Positions 7,707-17,414 are shown, counted from the first letter of the stretch. The stretch: 32,000 bases of DNA from Cylindrospermopsis raciborskii Cr2010 (GCF_003367075.2 NZ_CP065936.1:1620001-1652000), one strand, 5' to 3'. Numbers and translations: made by a program. Notes: a model not told the origin generated them from the letters alone.

Positions 7707-10505
7707 ATGAATGCAACATACCAAGATACAATGACAATAAACAAGATTTTCGGAAAAATTCCTCTAAAAATATTACTGAGTATATTTTACTTAATACCAA
7801 TTATCACTAGTGTGGCAGTGGTCAGCTATGTATCCTATCGTACTGGAGAAGAATCAGTAAATGAGTTGACTAACGAGTTGATGACATCAACAACAGAACG
7901 GGTTAGAGATCATCTCAATAAGTATCTACAAATACCACAAAGAATAGTAGCTATAAATCGTCAGGGAATAGAAAACTCCTATCTGATCCCGGAAAACTGG
8001 GAAGCATTGAGATTATACTTTTTCAGTCAACTTAAAGTATATAAAACCCCAGCAGCTATTTATTTCGGTGGTGCTAATGGTACATATATAGTTTCCGCTC
8101 AGGACGAGATGGGAATAATTTCACCCAAAAATTCTTACTTGGGGGGTGGTACGCACCCATCCTATCTTGGTCAACGACGGGTTTATATTGTGAATGAACA
8201 GGGAAAATATGTCAAAATTATCCCTGGACAAACTAAACCCTTTACACCCATTAATTTTCCGTGGTTTAAAACTGCTCTAAATCAAAATAAACAAACATGG
8301 ACACCAATATATCCCTATTTTTATATTCCCACAGCTATCATTTCCGCTTTTAGTCCTGTTTATCGTAATAATAAATTTATTGGGGTTGTAGGTTGTGATT
8401 TAGCTCTCACTCACGTTAGTTTACACTTGCAAAAATTACAGTTTTCACCATCAGGAAAGTTATTCATTATAGAAAGGTCAGGAGACATAATCGCTACTTC
8501 CACCAATGAAAAACCTTTTATAAAAATTGTTAAAGATAACAACACAGATAGAAATGTAAAATTAACACGGTTATCTGCCACAAAAAGTAGTAACCCAATA
8601 ATCTCTAAAACAGCAAAAGTATTATTTCAGCGTTGGGGAGACTTGCATAAAATTCGGGAAGCGACCAGTTTTAAGTTTAATGGTAGTAATAACCAAAGGT
8701 ATTTTTCCCATATTTACCCCTATCAGGATGAATATGGGTTGGATTGGTTAATCGTAGCTGTTTTGCCAGAATCTGATTTTCTGGATAAGATTCATACTAA
8801 CTTCCATAGAACCTCTATTTTTTTAGCAATTACACTATTTATATTTGCAGGATTAAGCATGGTCTTAACCCATTGGATAATACAACCGATTAAGGATTTG
8901 AATACTGCTGCTAAAAAACTAAGGAAAGATAGGTTTGATAGTTTAGATTTAGACTTGGATTTAAAGTTAAAATCAATCCTAAATCGGCGTGATGAAGTAG
9001 GTCAGCTAGGTGAATCTTTTCAAGCTATGGCTGGGGAGTTGGCACTATCATTTATACGAGTTAAAACTGCTTTGCAGGAATCCCAAGATAAGTTTACTAA
9101 AATATTTCGCAGCTCCCCTGACCCAATTGTTATTACCGATAGGGTGCAGAATATATTCTTAGATGTCAATCCCAGCTTCTTACATTTAACGGGTTATTCA
9201 GAAATGGAAGTAATTAATCATGGTGTTGAAGGTTTATGTCTACCATGTGATTCACAAAAGCTGTTGTTAGTCAGGAAAAAACTAGAAAATCAAGGACACA
9301 TCCACAATTTGGAATTTGATTGGCTGACAAAATCTGGGGAGGTAAAAACCTCTTTAGTATCTTCCGAAAGGATTTTAATTAATGGTAGAGATTGCGTGAT
9401 TTCCGTTTGTAAAGATATTACTGATCGCAAAAAAGCTGAGGAAAATTTAAGACAAAGTGAAGAAAGATTTCGCACTGCTTTTGAAAATGCTGGTAGTGGT
9501 ATGGCTTTAGTCTCACTAAATGGATATTTCATCAGGGTGAATAGATCACTATGTCAAATTTTGGGTTATGATTCTCCAGATTTACTCACTAAAAAGGTGA
9601 CAGAAATTATTGCAGGTGAGGAGTTATCCAAAGATTTTGATTTGGCATACCAGTTTCTCTCCGGTCAAATAACTAACTATCAAGTGGAAAAATCCTGTTT
9701 ACATAAATCAGGAAAAATTATTTGGGTGTTGCTGAATGTTTCATTATTATGTGATATTAACGGGAACCCCCTGCATTTTATTTGGCAGATTCAGGATATT
9801 AGTGAACGACACGAAGTTGAGCAACTAAAAAATGAATTTGTCTCTGTAGTTAGCCATGAAGTACGCACACCTTTAACAGCTATTAAAGGTGCTTTGGAGA
9901 TTTTAGCAACAGGAATTTTAGTTGATGAACCACAGGAAGCAGAACAGATGTTAAAAATCGCTGTTAGTAATAGTGAAAGACTGTTACGTCTTGTCAATAA
10001 TATTTTGAATTTAGAAATGTTGGATTCAGGGAAAATGAAACTAAACTTGGAGCTTTGTGATATTAATATCATGGTAAAACAAGCAATGGAAACAGTGGGA
10101 CCAATAGCGCAACAAAAAAGCATTGAAATTTCCTACAACACACTTGATGTAGCTAACATAGAAATCTTAGCTGACGAGGAAACAATTGTTCAAGTTCTGA
10201 CCAACCTATTAAGCAATAGCATAAAATTTTCTCATGCTGGTACTAAAGTAGAGATATACGCCACAATGGGCGATAAAGAAATTATTGTTGCGGTAAAGGA
10301 TTACGGTAAAGGTATTCCTTCATATAAGTTAGAGACTATTTTTGAGCGATTTGAACAGGTGGATATTTCTGATTCTCGTCAAAAGGGTGGTACGGGTTTA
10401 GGACTAGCTATTTGTAAAAATATTGTGGAAAAACACCAGGGAAAAATTTGGGTTGAGAGCATATTGGGTAGTGGTAGCACCTTTTATTTCACACTACCGC
10501 TCTAG
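7707..10505 (+). CDS. Hybrid-sensing histidine kinase 1 (Cache-like extracellular domain, HAMP, two PAS domains, HisKA, HATPase_c)
   Basis: 932 aa; two TMs flanking a Cache-like region, HAMP-like THWIIQPIKDLNTAAKKL, two PAS segments, H-box FVSVVSHEVRTPL, N-box LLSNSIKFSH, G-boxes DYGKGIP and GGTGLGLAICKNIVEKHQG. Confidence 0.94.
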   Translation: MNATYQDTMTINKIFGKIPLKILLSIFYLIPIITSVAVVSYVSYRTGEESVNELTNELMTSTTERVRDHLNKYLQIPQRIVAINRQGIENSYLIPENWEALRLYFFSQLKVYKTPAAIYFGGANGTYIVSAQDEMGIISPKNSYLGGGTHPSYLGQRRVYIVNEQGKYVKIIPGQTKPFTPINFPWFKTALNQNKQTWTPIYPYFYIPTAIISAFSPVYRNNKFIGVVGCDLALTHVSLHLQKLQFSPSGKLFIIERSGDIIATSTNEKPFIKIVKDNNTDRNVKLTRLSATKSSNPIISKTAKVLFQRWGDLHKIREATSFKFNGSNNQRYFSHIYPYQDEYGLDWLIVAVLPESDFLDKIHTNFHRTSIFLAITLFIFAGLSMVLTHWIIQPIKDLNTAAKKLRKDRFDSLDLDLDLKLKSILNRRDEVGQLGESFQAMAGELALSFIRVKTALQESQDKFTKIFRSSPDPIVITDRVQNIFLDVNPSFLHLTGYSEMEVINHGVEGLCLPCDSQKLLLVRKKLENQGHIHNLEFDWLTKSGEVKTSLVSSERILINGRDCVISVCKDITDRKKAEENLRQSEERFRTAFENAGSGMALVSLNGYFIRVNRSLCQILGYDSPDLLTKKVTEIIAGEELSKDFDLAYQFLSGQITNYQVEKSCLHKSGKIIWVLLNVSLLCDINGNPLHFIWQIQDISERHEVEQLKNEFVSVVSHEVRTPLTAIKGALEILATGILVDEPQEAEQMLKIAVSNSERLLRLVNNILNLEMLDSGKMKLNLELCDINIMVKQAMETVGPIAQQKSIEISYNTLDVANIEILADEETIVQVLTNLLSNSIKFSHAGTKVEIYATMGDKEIIVAVKDYGKGIPSYKLETIFERFEQVDISDSRQKGGTGLGLAICKNIVEKHQGKIWVESILGSGSTFYFTLPL

Positions 10506-10584
10506 TAGTTTTTTATGCTACCATGTAGGAACTCAAGATATAATAGAATTGCTTATTTTACAGGTATTTTGTCGGACTCATTAT
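10490..10584 (+). repeat. Leader repeat copy B between the two kinases
   Basis: CACACTACCGCTCTAGTAGTTTTTTATGCTACCATGTAGGAACTCAAGATATAATAG...GTCGGACTCATTATATG. Confidence 0.7.
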
Positions 10585-13383
10585 ATGAATAAGTACACAA
10601 CAACATTAAACCATATTTTTGGAAAAGTCCCTCTTAAAACATTACTAAGTATATTTTACTTAACACCAATTATCACCTGTGTAGGAATAGTTAGTTATAT
10701 ATCCTATCATACTGGAGAAGAATCAGTAAATGACTTGACGAATAAATTAATGATGTTGACAACAGACCGGATTCGGGACCATATCAGGACACATTTAGAA
10801 ACACCACAAAGAATAGTAGGCATAAATCGTGATGGGATTCAAAACTCCTATCTTAACCCGGAGAATTGGGAAGAATTGAGACTATACTTTTTTAATCAAG
10901 TTAAAATATATAAAGAGCCAACTGCTATTTATTTTGGCGGTATTAATGGTACTTTTATGTTTGCAGTACTAGACAAAATGGGCATAATTTCACCACCAAA
11001 TTCTTACCTGGGTGGTGGTTTACACCCATCCTATGGTGGTCAACGACGTATCTACATTTTAGATCAACAGGGAAAATATGTCAAAATTATCCCCGAACAA
11101 ACTAAAACTTCTTTATATAGAAACCTTTTGTGGTTTAAAACAGCTCAAAATCAAAATCAACAAACATGGACTTCCGTACATACCTATCTTTATATTCCTA
11201 CGGCAAAGATTTCTGCTGTTAGTCCTGTTTATCGCCATAATAAATTTATTGGCGTTGTAGGTTGTGATTTAATTTTAGACCATATTGGTTTATACTTGCA
11301 AAACTTGCAGTTCTCACCATCAGGAAAGTTATTCATTATAGAAAGGTCAGGAGATATAATCGCTACTTCCACCAATGAAAAACCTTTTATGAAAATTGTT
11401 AAAGATAGCAAAACTGGTAAAAACATCAAGTTAATACGATTATCTGCTACAAAAAGTAGTAACTCAATAATTTCTAAAACAGCGAAAGTATTATTTCAGC
11501 GTTGGGGAAACTTGCATAAAATTCGGGAAGCGACTAGTTTTGAGTTTAATAGTAGTAATAACCAAAGGTATTTTTCTCATATTTACCCTTATCAGGATGA
11601 ATATGGGTTGGATTGGTTAATTGTAGCTGTTTTGCCAGAATCTGATTTTCTGCATAAGATTCATACTAATTTAAATAGAACCTTTATTTTTTCAGCAATT
11701 ACACTATTTATATTTGCGGGATTGAGTATAGTCTTAGCCCATTGGATAATACAACCGATTAAGGATTTGCATACTGCGGCTAAAAAACTAAGCGAAGATA
11801 GGTTTAATAGTTTTAATAGTTTAGATTCAGACTTAAATTTAAAGTTAAAATTAATCCTAAACCGGCGTGATGAAATAGGTCAGCTAGGTGAGTCTTTTCA
11901 GGCTATGTCAAGGGAGTTGGCACTATCATTTACACAAATTAAAACTGCTTTAAAGGAATCTCAGGATAAGTTTACTAAAATATTTCGCAGCTCCCCTGAC
12001 CCAATTGTTATTACCGATAGGGTGCAGAATATATTCTTAGATGTCAATCCCAGCTTCTTACATTTAACGGGTTATTCGGAAGTAGAATTGATCGGCTACA
12101 GTTTTGATAATTTATCCTTGGTATCTAATCCTGAACAGGGATTACTACTCAAGGAACAACTGAAAAATCAAGGATATGTCCGAAATTTAGAATTTGATTG
12201 GCTGACAAAATCTGGGGAATTAAAAACCTCTTTAGTATCTTGTGAAAGTATTTTAATAGATACGAAAAACTGTGTGATTTCTATCATTAAAGATATTACT
12301 GATCGCAAAAAAGCTGAGGAAAATTTAAGACAAAGTGAAGAAAGATTTCGCACTGCTTTCGAAGATGCTGGTAGTGGTATGGCTCTAGTTTCACTAAATG
12401 GATATTTCATCAGGGTGAATAGATCACTATGTCAAATTTTGGGTTATGATTCTTCAGATTTACTCACTAAAAAGGTGACAGAAATTATTACAGGTGAGAA
12501 GTTACCAAAAGATTTTGATTTGGCATACCAGTTTCTCTCCGGTCAAATAACTAACTATCAAGTGGAAAAATCCTGTTTACATAAATCAGGAAAAATTATT
12601 TGGGTGTTGTTGAATGTTTCATTATTATGTGATGTCAATAGGAACCCCCTGCATTTTATTTGGCAGATTCAGGATATTAGCAAACGACACGAAGTTGAGC
12701 AACTAAAAAATGAATTTGTCTCTGTAGTTAGCCATGAAGTACGCACACCTTTAACAGCTATTAAAGGTGCTTTGGAGATTTTAGCAACAGGAATTTTAGT
12801 TGATGAACCACAGGAAGCAGAACAGATGTTAAAAATCGCTGTTAGTAATAGTGAAAGACTGTTACGTCTTGTCAATAATATTTTGAATTTAGAAATGTTG
12901 GATTCAGGGAAAATGAAACTAAACTTGGAGCTTTGTGATATTAATATCATGGTAAAACAAGCAATGGAAACAGTGGGACCAATAGCGCAACAAAAAAGCA
13001 TTGAAATTTCCTACAACACACTTGATGTAGCTAACATAGAAATCTTAGCTGACGAGGAAACAATTGTTCAAGTCCTGACCAACCTATTAAGCAATAGTAT
13101 AAAGTTTTCCCATGCTGGTAATAAAGTAGAGATATACGCCACAGTGAGCAATAAAGAGATTATTGTTGCGGTAAAAGATTACGGTAAAGGTGTTCCTCCA
13201 CATAAGTTAGAGACTATTTTTGAGCGATTTGAACAGGTGGATGTTTCTGACTCTCGTCAAAAGGGTGGTACAGGTTTAGGATTAGCTATTTGTAAAAATA
13301 TTGTGGAAAAACACCAGGGAAAAATTTGGGTTGAGAGCATATTGGGTAGTGGTAGCACCTTTTATTTCACACTACCGCTGTAA
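10585..13383 (+). CDS. Histidine kinase 2, tandem paralogue of the upstream kinase
   Basis: 932 aa when started at MNKYTTTLNHIFGKVPLKTLL, homologous to the start of kinase 1; same domain order. The tracked ORF start at 10423 reads through the 3' end of kinase 1 in another frame. Confidence 0.94.
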   Translation: MNKYTTTLNHIFGKVPLKTLLSIFYLTPIITCVGIVSYISYHTGEESVNDLTNKLMMLTTDRIRDHIRTHLETPQRIVGINRDGIQNSYLNPENWEELRLYFFNQVKIYKEPTAIYFGGINGTFMFAVLDKMGIISPPNSYLGGGLHPSYGGQRRIYILDQQGKYVKIIPEQTKTSLYRNLLWFKTAQNQNQQTWTSVHTYLYIPTAKISAVSPVYRHNKFIGVVGCDLILDHIGLYLQNLQFSPSGKLFIIERSGDIIATSTNEKPFMKIVKDSKTGKNIKLIRLSATKSSNSIISKTAKVLFQRWGNLHKIREATSFEFNSSNNQRYFSHIYPYQDEYGLDWLIVAVLPESDFLHKIHTNLNRTFIFSAITLFIFAGLSIVLAHWIIQPIKDLHTAAKKLSEDRFNSFNSLDSDLNLKLKLILNRRDEIGQLGESFQAMSRELALSFTQIKTALKESQDKFTKIFRSSPDPIVITDRVQNIFLDVNPSFLHLTGYSEVELIGYSFDNLSLVSNPEQGLLLKEQLKNQGYVRNLEFDWLTKSGELKTSLVSCESILIDTKNCVISIIKDITDRKKAEENLRQSEERFRTAFEDAGSGMALVSLNGYFIRVNRSLCQILGYDSSDLLTKKVTEIITGEKLPKDFDLAYQFLSGQITNYQVEKSCLHKSGKIIWVLLNVSLLCDVNRNPLHFIWQIQDISKRHEVEQLKNEFVSVVSHEVRTPLTAIKGALEILATGILVDEPQEAEQMLKIAVSNSERLLRLVNNILNLEMLDSGKMKLNLELCDINIMVKQAMETVGPIAQQKSIEISYNTLDVANIEILADEETIVQVLTNLLSNSIKFSHAGNKVEIYATVSNKEIIVAVKDYGKGVPPHKLETIFERFEQVDVSDSRQKGGTGLGLAICKNIVEKHQGKIWVESILGSGSTFYFTLPL

Positions 13384-13452
13384 TAATTTTTTAGGCTACC
13401 ATGGATAAACCCAAGATATAAGAGAACCTTTTGTGTAGTAACTAGTCGGATC
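13368..13452 (+). repeat. Leader repeat copy C upstream of the single-domain response regulator
   Basis: CACACTACCGCTGTAATAATTTTTTAGGCTACCATGGATAAACCCAAGATATAAGAG...GTCGGATCATGG. Confidence 0.7.
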
Positions 13453-13830
13453 ATGGCTAAACATATTTTGATCGTGGATGATGAGCAAGACATTCGTGCA
13501 GTTGTCCGTATTTCTTTAGAAAAATTTGCCGGTTGGCGGACTAGTTTAGCTGCTACCGCGCAGGAGGCGCTAGAAAAGGCTAGATCCCAATTGCCAGATG
13601 CTATATTATTGGACATAACAATGCCTGATACGGATGGTTTTCAAGTGTGGGATCAGTTACAGTCTGACCCATTGACTAAATCCATACCAGTAATTTTACT
13701 TACTGCCAAGACATCGTCTTTGGACAAGAAACGTTTTAGCAATATGGGTGTTGCGGGGGTAATCAGTAAACCCTTTAATCCCCTAATCATTTGGAAACAA
13801 GTGCGGGAAATTTTGGCGTGGGACAATTGA
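13453..13830 (+). CDS. Single-domain (CheY-like) response regulator
   Basis: 125 aa; ILIVDDEQDIRAVVRISLEKF, DAILLDITMPDTDG, ILLTAKTSS, ISKPFNP; immediately downstream of the tandem kinases. Confidence 0.93.
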   Translation: MAKHILIVDDEQDIRAVVRISLEKFAGWRTSLAATAQEALEKARSQLPDAILLDITMPDTDGFQVWDQLQSDPLTKSIPVILLTAKTSSLDKKRFSNMGVAGVISKPFNPLIIWKQVREILAWDN

Positions 13831-13876
13831 TCACAATGATGAATGTAGAATCCGCGCGTCTTTGGACCGGGGAGTG

Positions 13877-14587
13877 TCAACGAAATAGGCGGGGATTTAA
13901 AATGGTTTTTCCTGGAGTGCGACTGCGAATTAATAATCCATTATTGAGATTAGTACCTGTTCCACCATCTTCCATGGACAAAAAGGGTTTTAAGTTAATT
14001 CCCCCCCGGAAATGGGGATTATTACCCGATCTTCTAGGAGAGTTGGTATAAGTGTTCACACCAATAGTCTGCTGTCCCTGGTCTGCAGCAGTTAGGTTAC
14101 TAAAAATGCTGCTGCGGACAGCATAGGGATCCTTGCTTCGTGGTACTGTTAAAACTATGCGACAGGTAGAAACAGCTTCAGTGGTAACACAGATAATATT
14201 CTCATTATTTTGTCTGGCAATTTGCAACTCTTGCAAACCATCAGGACGATATAATTCTAGACGACTGGCGATCGCCTGACAGCGGTTTTGCGGGTTCCAA
14301 CCACCACCCAAGGACTGGGGTATGGCCCAGGCAAAAAATCGCCCTGGTTGACTTTGGGGTTGATACATAACAGTATATTTACCATCATAGTATTGACAAC
14401 TGAACCTAGTGGTGCTGGAGTTATTGGGACTCGGTATTTGGGTGGGTGTGCTGGATGGGGGATTAGATGGGGTGGTTGAGTCTGAGGGTACGGTGGGGAC
14501 AACTACACCAGTTTGTCCAAAAGCGATTGAGTTACCAATCAATAAAGCAAATAAGGACAGGTGTAAAGAGAGAATAGTTCTAGCCAT
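13877..14587 (-). CDS. COP23-domain-like secreted protein
   Basis: 236 aa; signal peptide, P/S/T-rich linker, then RFSCQYYDGKYTVMYQPQSQPGRFFAWAIPQSLGGGWNPQNRCQAIASRLELYRPDG...ENIICVTT, resembling cyanobacterial COP23 proteins. Confidence 0.75.
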   Translation of the reverse strand: MARTILSLHLSLFALLIGNSIAFGQTGVVVPTVPSDSTTPSNPPSSTPTQIPSPNNSSTTRFSCQYYDGKYTVMYQPQSQPGRFFAWAIPQSLGGGWNPQNRCQAIASRLELYRPDGLQELQIARQNNENIICVTTEAVSTCRIVLTVPRSKDPYAVRSSIFSNLTAADQGQQTIGVNTYTNSPRRSGNNPHFRGGINLKPFLSMEDGGTGTNLNNGLLIRSRTPGKTILNPRLFR

Positions 14588-14663
14588 AAGTTGTCAGAAT
14601 TGGTAATATGGTTAGGATTCACCTTACTATAGTAGCATACAACTAAAGTTGATTTAAAGAATT

Positions 14664-15176
14664 ATGTTAAAAATAAGTATTTCGGCTATTGGTGCAGGGC
14701 TTTTAATTGCATCTACTAATGGTGGAGTAACTAACTTAATTCCATCTTTTCTAATCAATAACAGCTATAAATTAGCTCAGAACAATTTGAATAGTGCCAA
14801 CTTAGAAACTCAAGTTTTCCAACAAATCAATCAGTATCGTGTTAATCAGAAGTTACTTACCCTAACCCGTAACCTTAGCATTGATAACCAAGCTAGGATT
14901 CACAGTCAAAACATGGCTAGTGGCAAAGTTCCCTTTAGTCATCAAGACTTTGATAAACGAGTTAAAGCAATTAACATTACCTACCGTACTGTAGCGGAAA
15001 ATGTGGCTTATAATCAAGGAGTCCAAGATCCTGCTACTACTGCGGTTCGAGGTTGGTTAAAAAGTCCGGGACATTTAAGAAACATCCGAGGTGATTACAA
15101 CCTAACTGGTATTGGTGTTGCGGTCAATAATAAAGGGGAAATTTTTTTCACCCAGGTTTTTTTAAAATCAAGATAA
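14664..15176 (+). CDS. CAP/SCP-domain (YkwD-like) secreted protein, copy 1
   Basis: 170 aa; FQQINQYRVNQKLLTLTRNLSIDNQARIHSQNMASGKVPFSHQDFDKRV...AENVAYNQG...GWLKSPGHLRNIRGDYNLTGIGVAVNNKGEIFFTQVF. Confidence 0.9.
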   Translation: MLKISISAIGAGLLIASTNGGVTNLIPSFLINNSYKLAQNNLNSANLETQVFQQINQYRVNQKLLTLTRNLSIDNQARIHSQNMASGKVPFSHQDFDKRVKAINITYRTVAENVAYNQGVQDPATTAVRGWLKSPGHLRNIRGDYNLTGIGVAVNNKGEIFFTQVFLKSR

Positions 15177-15194
15177 ATTTTGGCGAGGTTTCCA

Positions 15195-15887
15195 ATGATT
15201 TACCATGGAGCAAACACCAGGGGTAGGGCAGACCACGGGTGGCTTAAAGCGAAACACACATTTAGCTTTGCTAACTATCATGATCCTTCTCGTATGGGAT
15301 TTGGGGCTCTTCGCGTCATTAACGATGACCATATAGCTGCTCGTAGGGGATTTGCCACCCACCCCCACAGGGATATGGAAATTGTGACCATACCTCTTCA
15401 AGGTTCTCTTAGACACGAAGATAGTATGGGAAACTCTCAAGTGCTACAAAAGGGAGAAATTCAGTCCATAAGTGCAGGAACAGGTATCCTCCATTCGGAA
15501 TTCAACGATGGTGACGAGGATCTCAAACTCCTTCAAATCTGGGTCTTACCCAAGAAAATGGGTGTTCAGCCTAGATATGAACAAAAAGCCTTCAATCCTA
15601 TCGATCGCAGGCAAAAGTTGCAAACAGTGGTTTCTCCTGATGGTGAAGGACTAGGGATCAATCAAGATGCTTGGTTTTATTTGGCAGATCTAGAAGAAAC
15701 TAGTGTGGAATATAAGTTGCACGGAAAAGGTCAAGGTGTGTATGTGTTCGTAATATCAGGATTTGCAAACGTCAATGGCAAAGAGCTATTTCCTCGGGAT
15801 GGACTGGGACTGGAGGAAGATCTGCACATTCAAGTCTTTCAACAATCCGAGCTGTTGGTGATGGAAGTACCTATGTTATCATCATGA
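15195..15887 (+). CDS. Pirin family protein (YhaK/YhhW-like bicupin)
   Basis: MIYHGANTRGRADHGWLKAKHTFSFANYHDPSRMGFGALRVINDD...FATHPHRDMEIVTIPLQGSLRHEDSMGN...QSISAGTGILHSEFN. ATG at 15195 preferred over TTG at 15180. Confidence 0.93.
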   Translation: MIYHGANTRGRADHGWLKAKHTFSFANYHDPSRMGFGALRVINDDHIAARRGFATHPHRDMEIVTIPLQGSLRHEDSMGNSQVLQKGEIQSISAGTGILHSEFNDGDEDLKLLQIWVLPKKMGVQPRYEQKAFNPIDRRQKLQTVVSPDGEGLGINQDAWFYLADLEETSVEYKLHGKGQGVYVFVISGFANVNGKELFPRDGLGLEEDLHIQVFQQSELLVMEVPMLSS

Positions 15888-16119
15888 GACCTTAATCTGT
15901 TAATCAATTTCTAACCTAATTTTCCCCATAAACTATTCAGGTATCTGTCACAAGATACTGTTTTTTATATATTTTGTAGTTGAGAATGTATTGAGGATAG
16001 CACCAAAAGTACCATCCACCATAGACATATACTGGAAGTATCCTTCCTGGTAGTTCTTTTGAGCATTGAAAGATAGAGTATATGTCCAACAAACTCATAC
16101 ACTATCTGGGGATTTCTCT

Positions 16120-16722
16120 ATGTTCCGACAAACTGCTTTCGGAATTGGTTTAACTACACTTGTCCTTACCAGTGGATTGGTAACTGATGCTATTTCCGCT
16201 AGTAATGTTACTAAAAAAATCTCATCTGCTCCCTCATTTAATGGTTCTACCCGAGCTGTTGCTTCCCACCAGAATAATGAGAGTAATAAGCATGAGAATA
16301 ACAAGTTAGAAAAATTGGTTTTTGAAGAAATTAATCAGTATCGTGTTGCTCAAGGATTATCAAAATTAACCTTGAATTTAAACATCACTAAACAGGCAAG
16401 AATTCATAGTCAAAATATGGCTAATGGTACGGTAAAATTTAGCCATCATGGTTTTGAGCAACGGGTTAAATCCATCCATTTGCAATATAATAATGCTGCG
16501 GAAAATGTGGCATTTAACATAGGGTATAATGAACCAGCAAAACAAGCAATAATTGGTTGGCTTAATAGTCCGGGACATTTGCGAAATATTCGAGGGAAGT
16601 TTGAACTGACAGGGGTGGGAGTAGCTAAAAATGATAAAGGTGAAGTTTATCTGACTCAAATATTTATCAATACACCCCACAGGTACTCCCGAAAAATTTC
16701 CTCCAGATCCCCAGGTTTTTAA
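16120..16722 (+). CDS. CAP/SCP-domain (YkwD-like) secreted protein, copy 2
   Basis: Starts at MFRQTAFGIGLTTLVLTSGLVTDAISA (signal peptide); LVFEEINQYRVAQGLSKLTLNLNITKQARIHSQNMANGTVKFSHHGFEQRV...GWLNSPGHLRNIRGKFELTGVGVAKNDKGEVYLTQIF. Confidence 0.88.
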   Translation: MFRQTAFGIGLTTLVLTSGLVTDAISASNVTKKISSAPSFNGSTRAVASHQNNESNKHENNKLEKLVFEEINQYRVAQGLSKLTLNLNITKQARIHSQNMANGTVKFSHHGFEQRVKSIHLQYNNAAENVAFNIGYNEPAKQAIIGWLNSPGHLRNIRGKFELTGVGVAKNDKGEVYLTQIFINTPHRYSRKISSRSPGF

Positions 16723-16784
16723 GCAATTTTCTGATAAGATTATTACATAAGGTAATTGTTTTGTAAATGTTTTGGTGAAAAATC

Positions 16785-17414
16785 ATGAAACTAGATGATT
16801 TTCAGGTAGTTGATGGGGATCTAGACTACCCTACCCTCTCGGAATATTTAAGGTCAGATGCTTTAGCTGTGGATACAGAAACTATGGGTTTGCTACCACA
16901 GCGAGATCGTCTCTGTCTGGTTCAACTATGTAACCCTGAAGGTAAGGTGACTGCTGTCCGCATTGCTAAGGGACAAACCCACGCCCCTAACCTACAACAA
17001 CTTCTAGAATCAACCCATGTTGTCAAGGTTTTTCACTTTGCCAGGTTTGATCTGGCCACTTTGCGTCACAACCTGAAAATTCATGTCCAACCTGTTTTTT
17101 GTACGAAAATTGCCAGTAAGCTGGCTCGTACTTACACAAACCGTCATGGATTGAAAGAGCTTGTACAAGAGCTAGAGCAAGTAGAATTGGATAAAAGTTC
17201 TCAGAGTTCGGACTGGGGGAATCCGCTGGGTTTATCTGATGCTCAACTAAGCTATGCTGCTAATGATGTACGCTATCTGCTTAGTTTAAAGCAAAAACTT
17301 TCTCAAATGTTGCAAAGAGAAGAACGCTGGCAATTAGCACAGGAGTGTTTTAGTTTTTTACCTACTTTAGTTTCTTTGGATCTTTTGCAGTTTAAAGAAC
17401 TATTTGAACACTAG
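16785..17414 (+). CDS. Ribonuclease D-like 3'-5' exonuclease
   Basis: 209 aa; ALAVDTETMGLLPQRDRLCLVQLC (Exo I), VFHFARFDLATL (Exo II), SYAANDVRYLLSL (Exo III). Confidence 0.92.
   Translation: MKLDDFQVVDGDLDYPTLSEYLRSDALAVDTETMGLLPQRDRLCLVQLCNPEGKVTAVRIAKGQTHAPNLQQLLESTHVVKVFHFARFDLATLRHNLKIHVQPVFCTKIASKLARTYTNRHGLKELVQELEQVELDKSSQSSDWGNPLGLSDAQLSYAANDVRYLLSLKQKLSQMLQREERWQLAQECFSFLPTLVSLDLLQFKELFEH

Noticed and set aside
9290-10123. Antisense ORFs 9290-9532 and 9791-10123, mirrored at 12168-12410 and 12669-13001
   Set aside because: They recur only because the kinase coding sequence is duplicated; they lie wholly within conserved kinase coding sequence and have no recognisable family.
10423-10584. 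N-terminal extension MWKNTREKFGLRAYWVVVAPFISHYRSSSF... of the tracked kinase 2 ORF
   Set aside because: It overlaps the 3' end of kinase 1 in another frame; the homologous start relative to kinase 1 is ATG at 10585.
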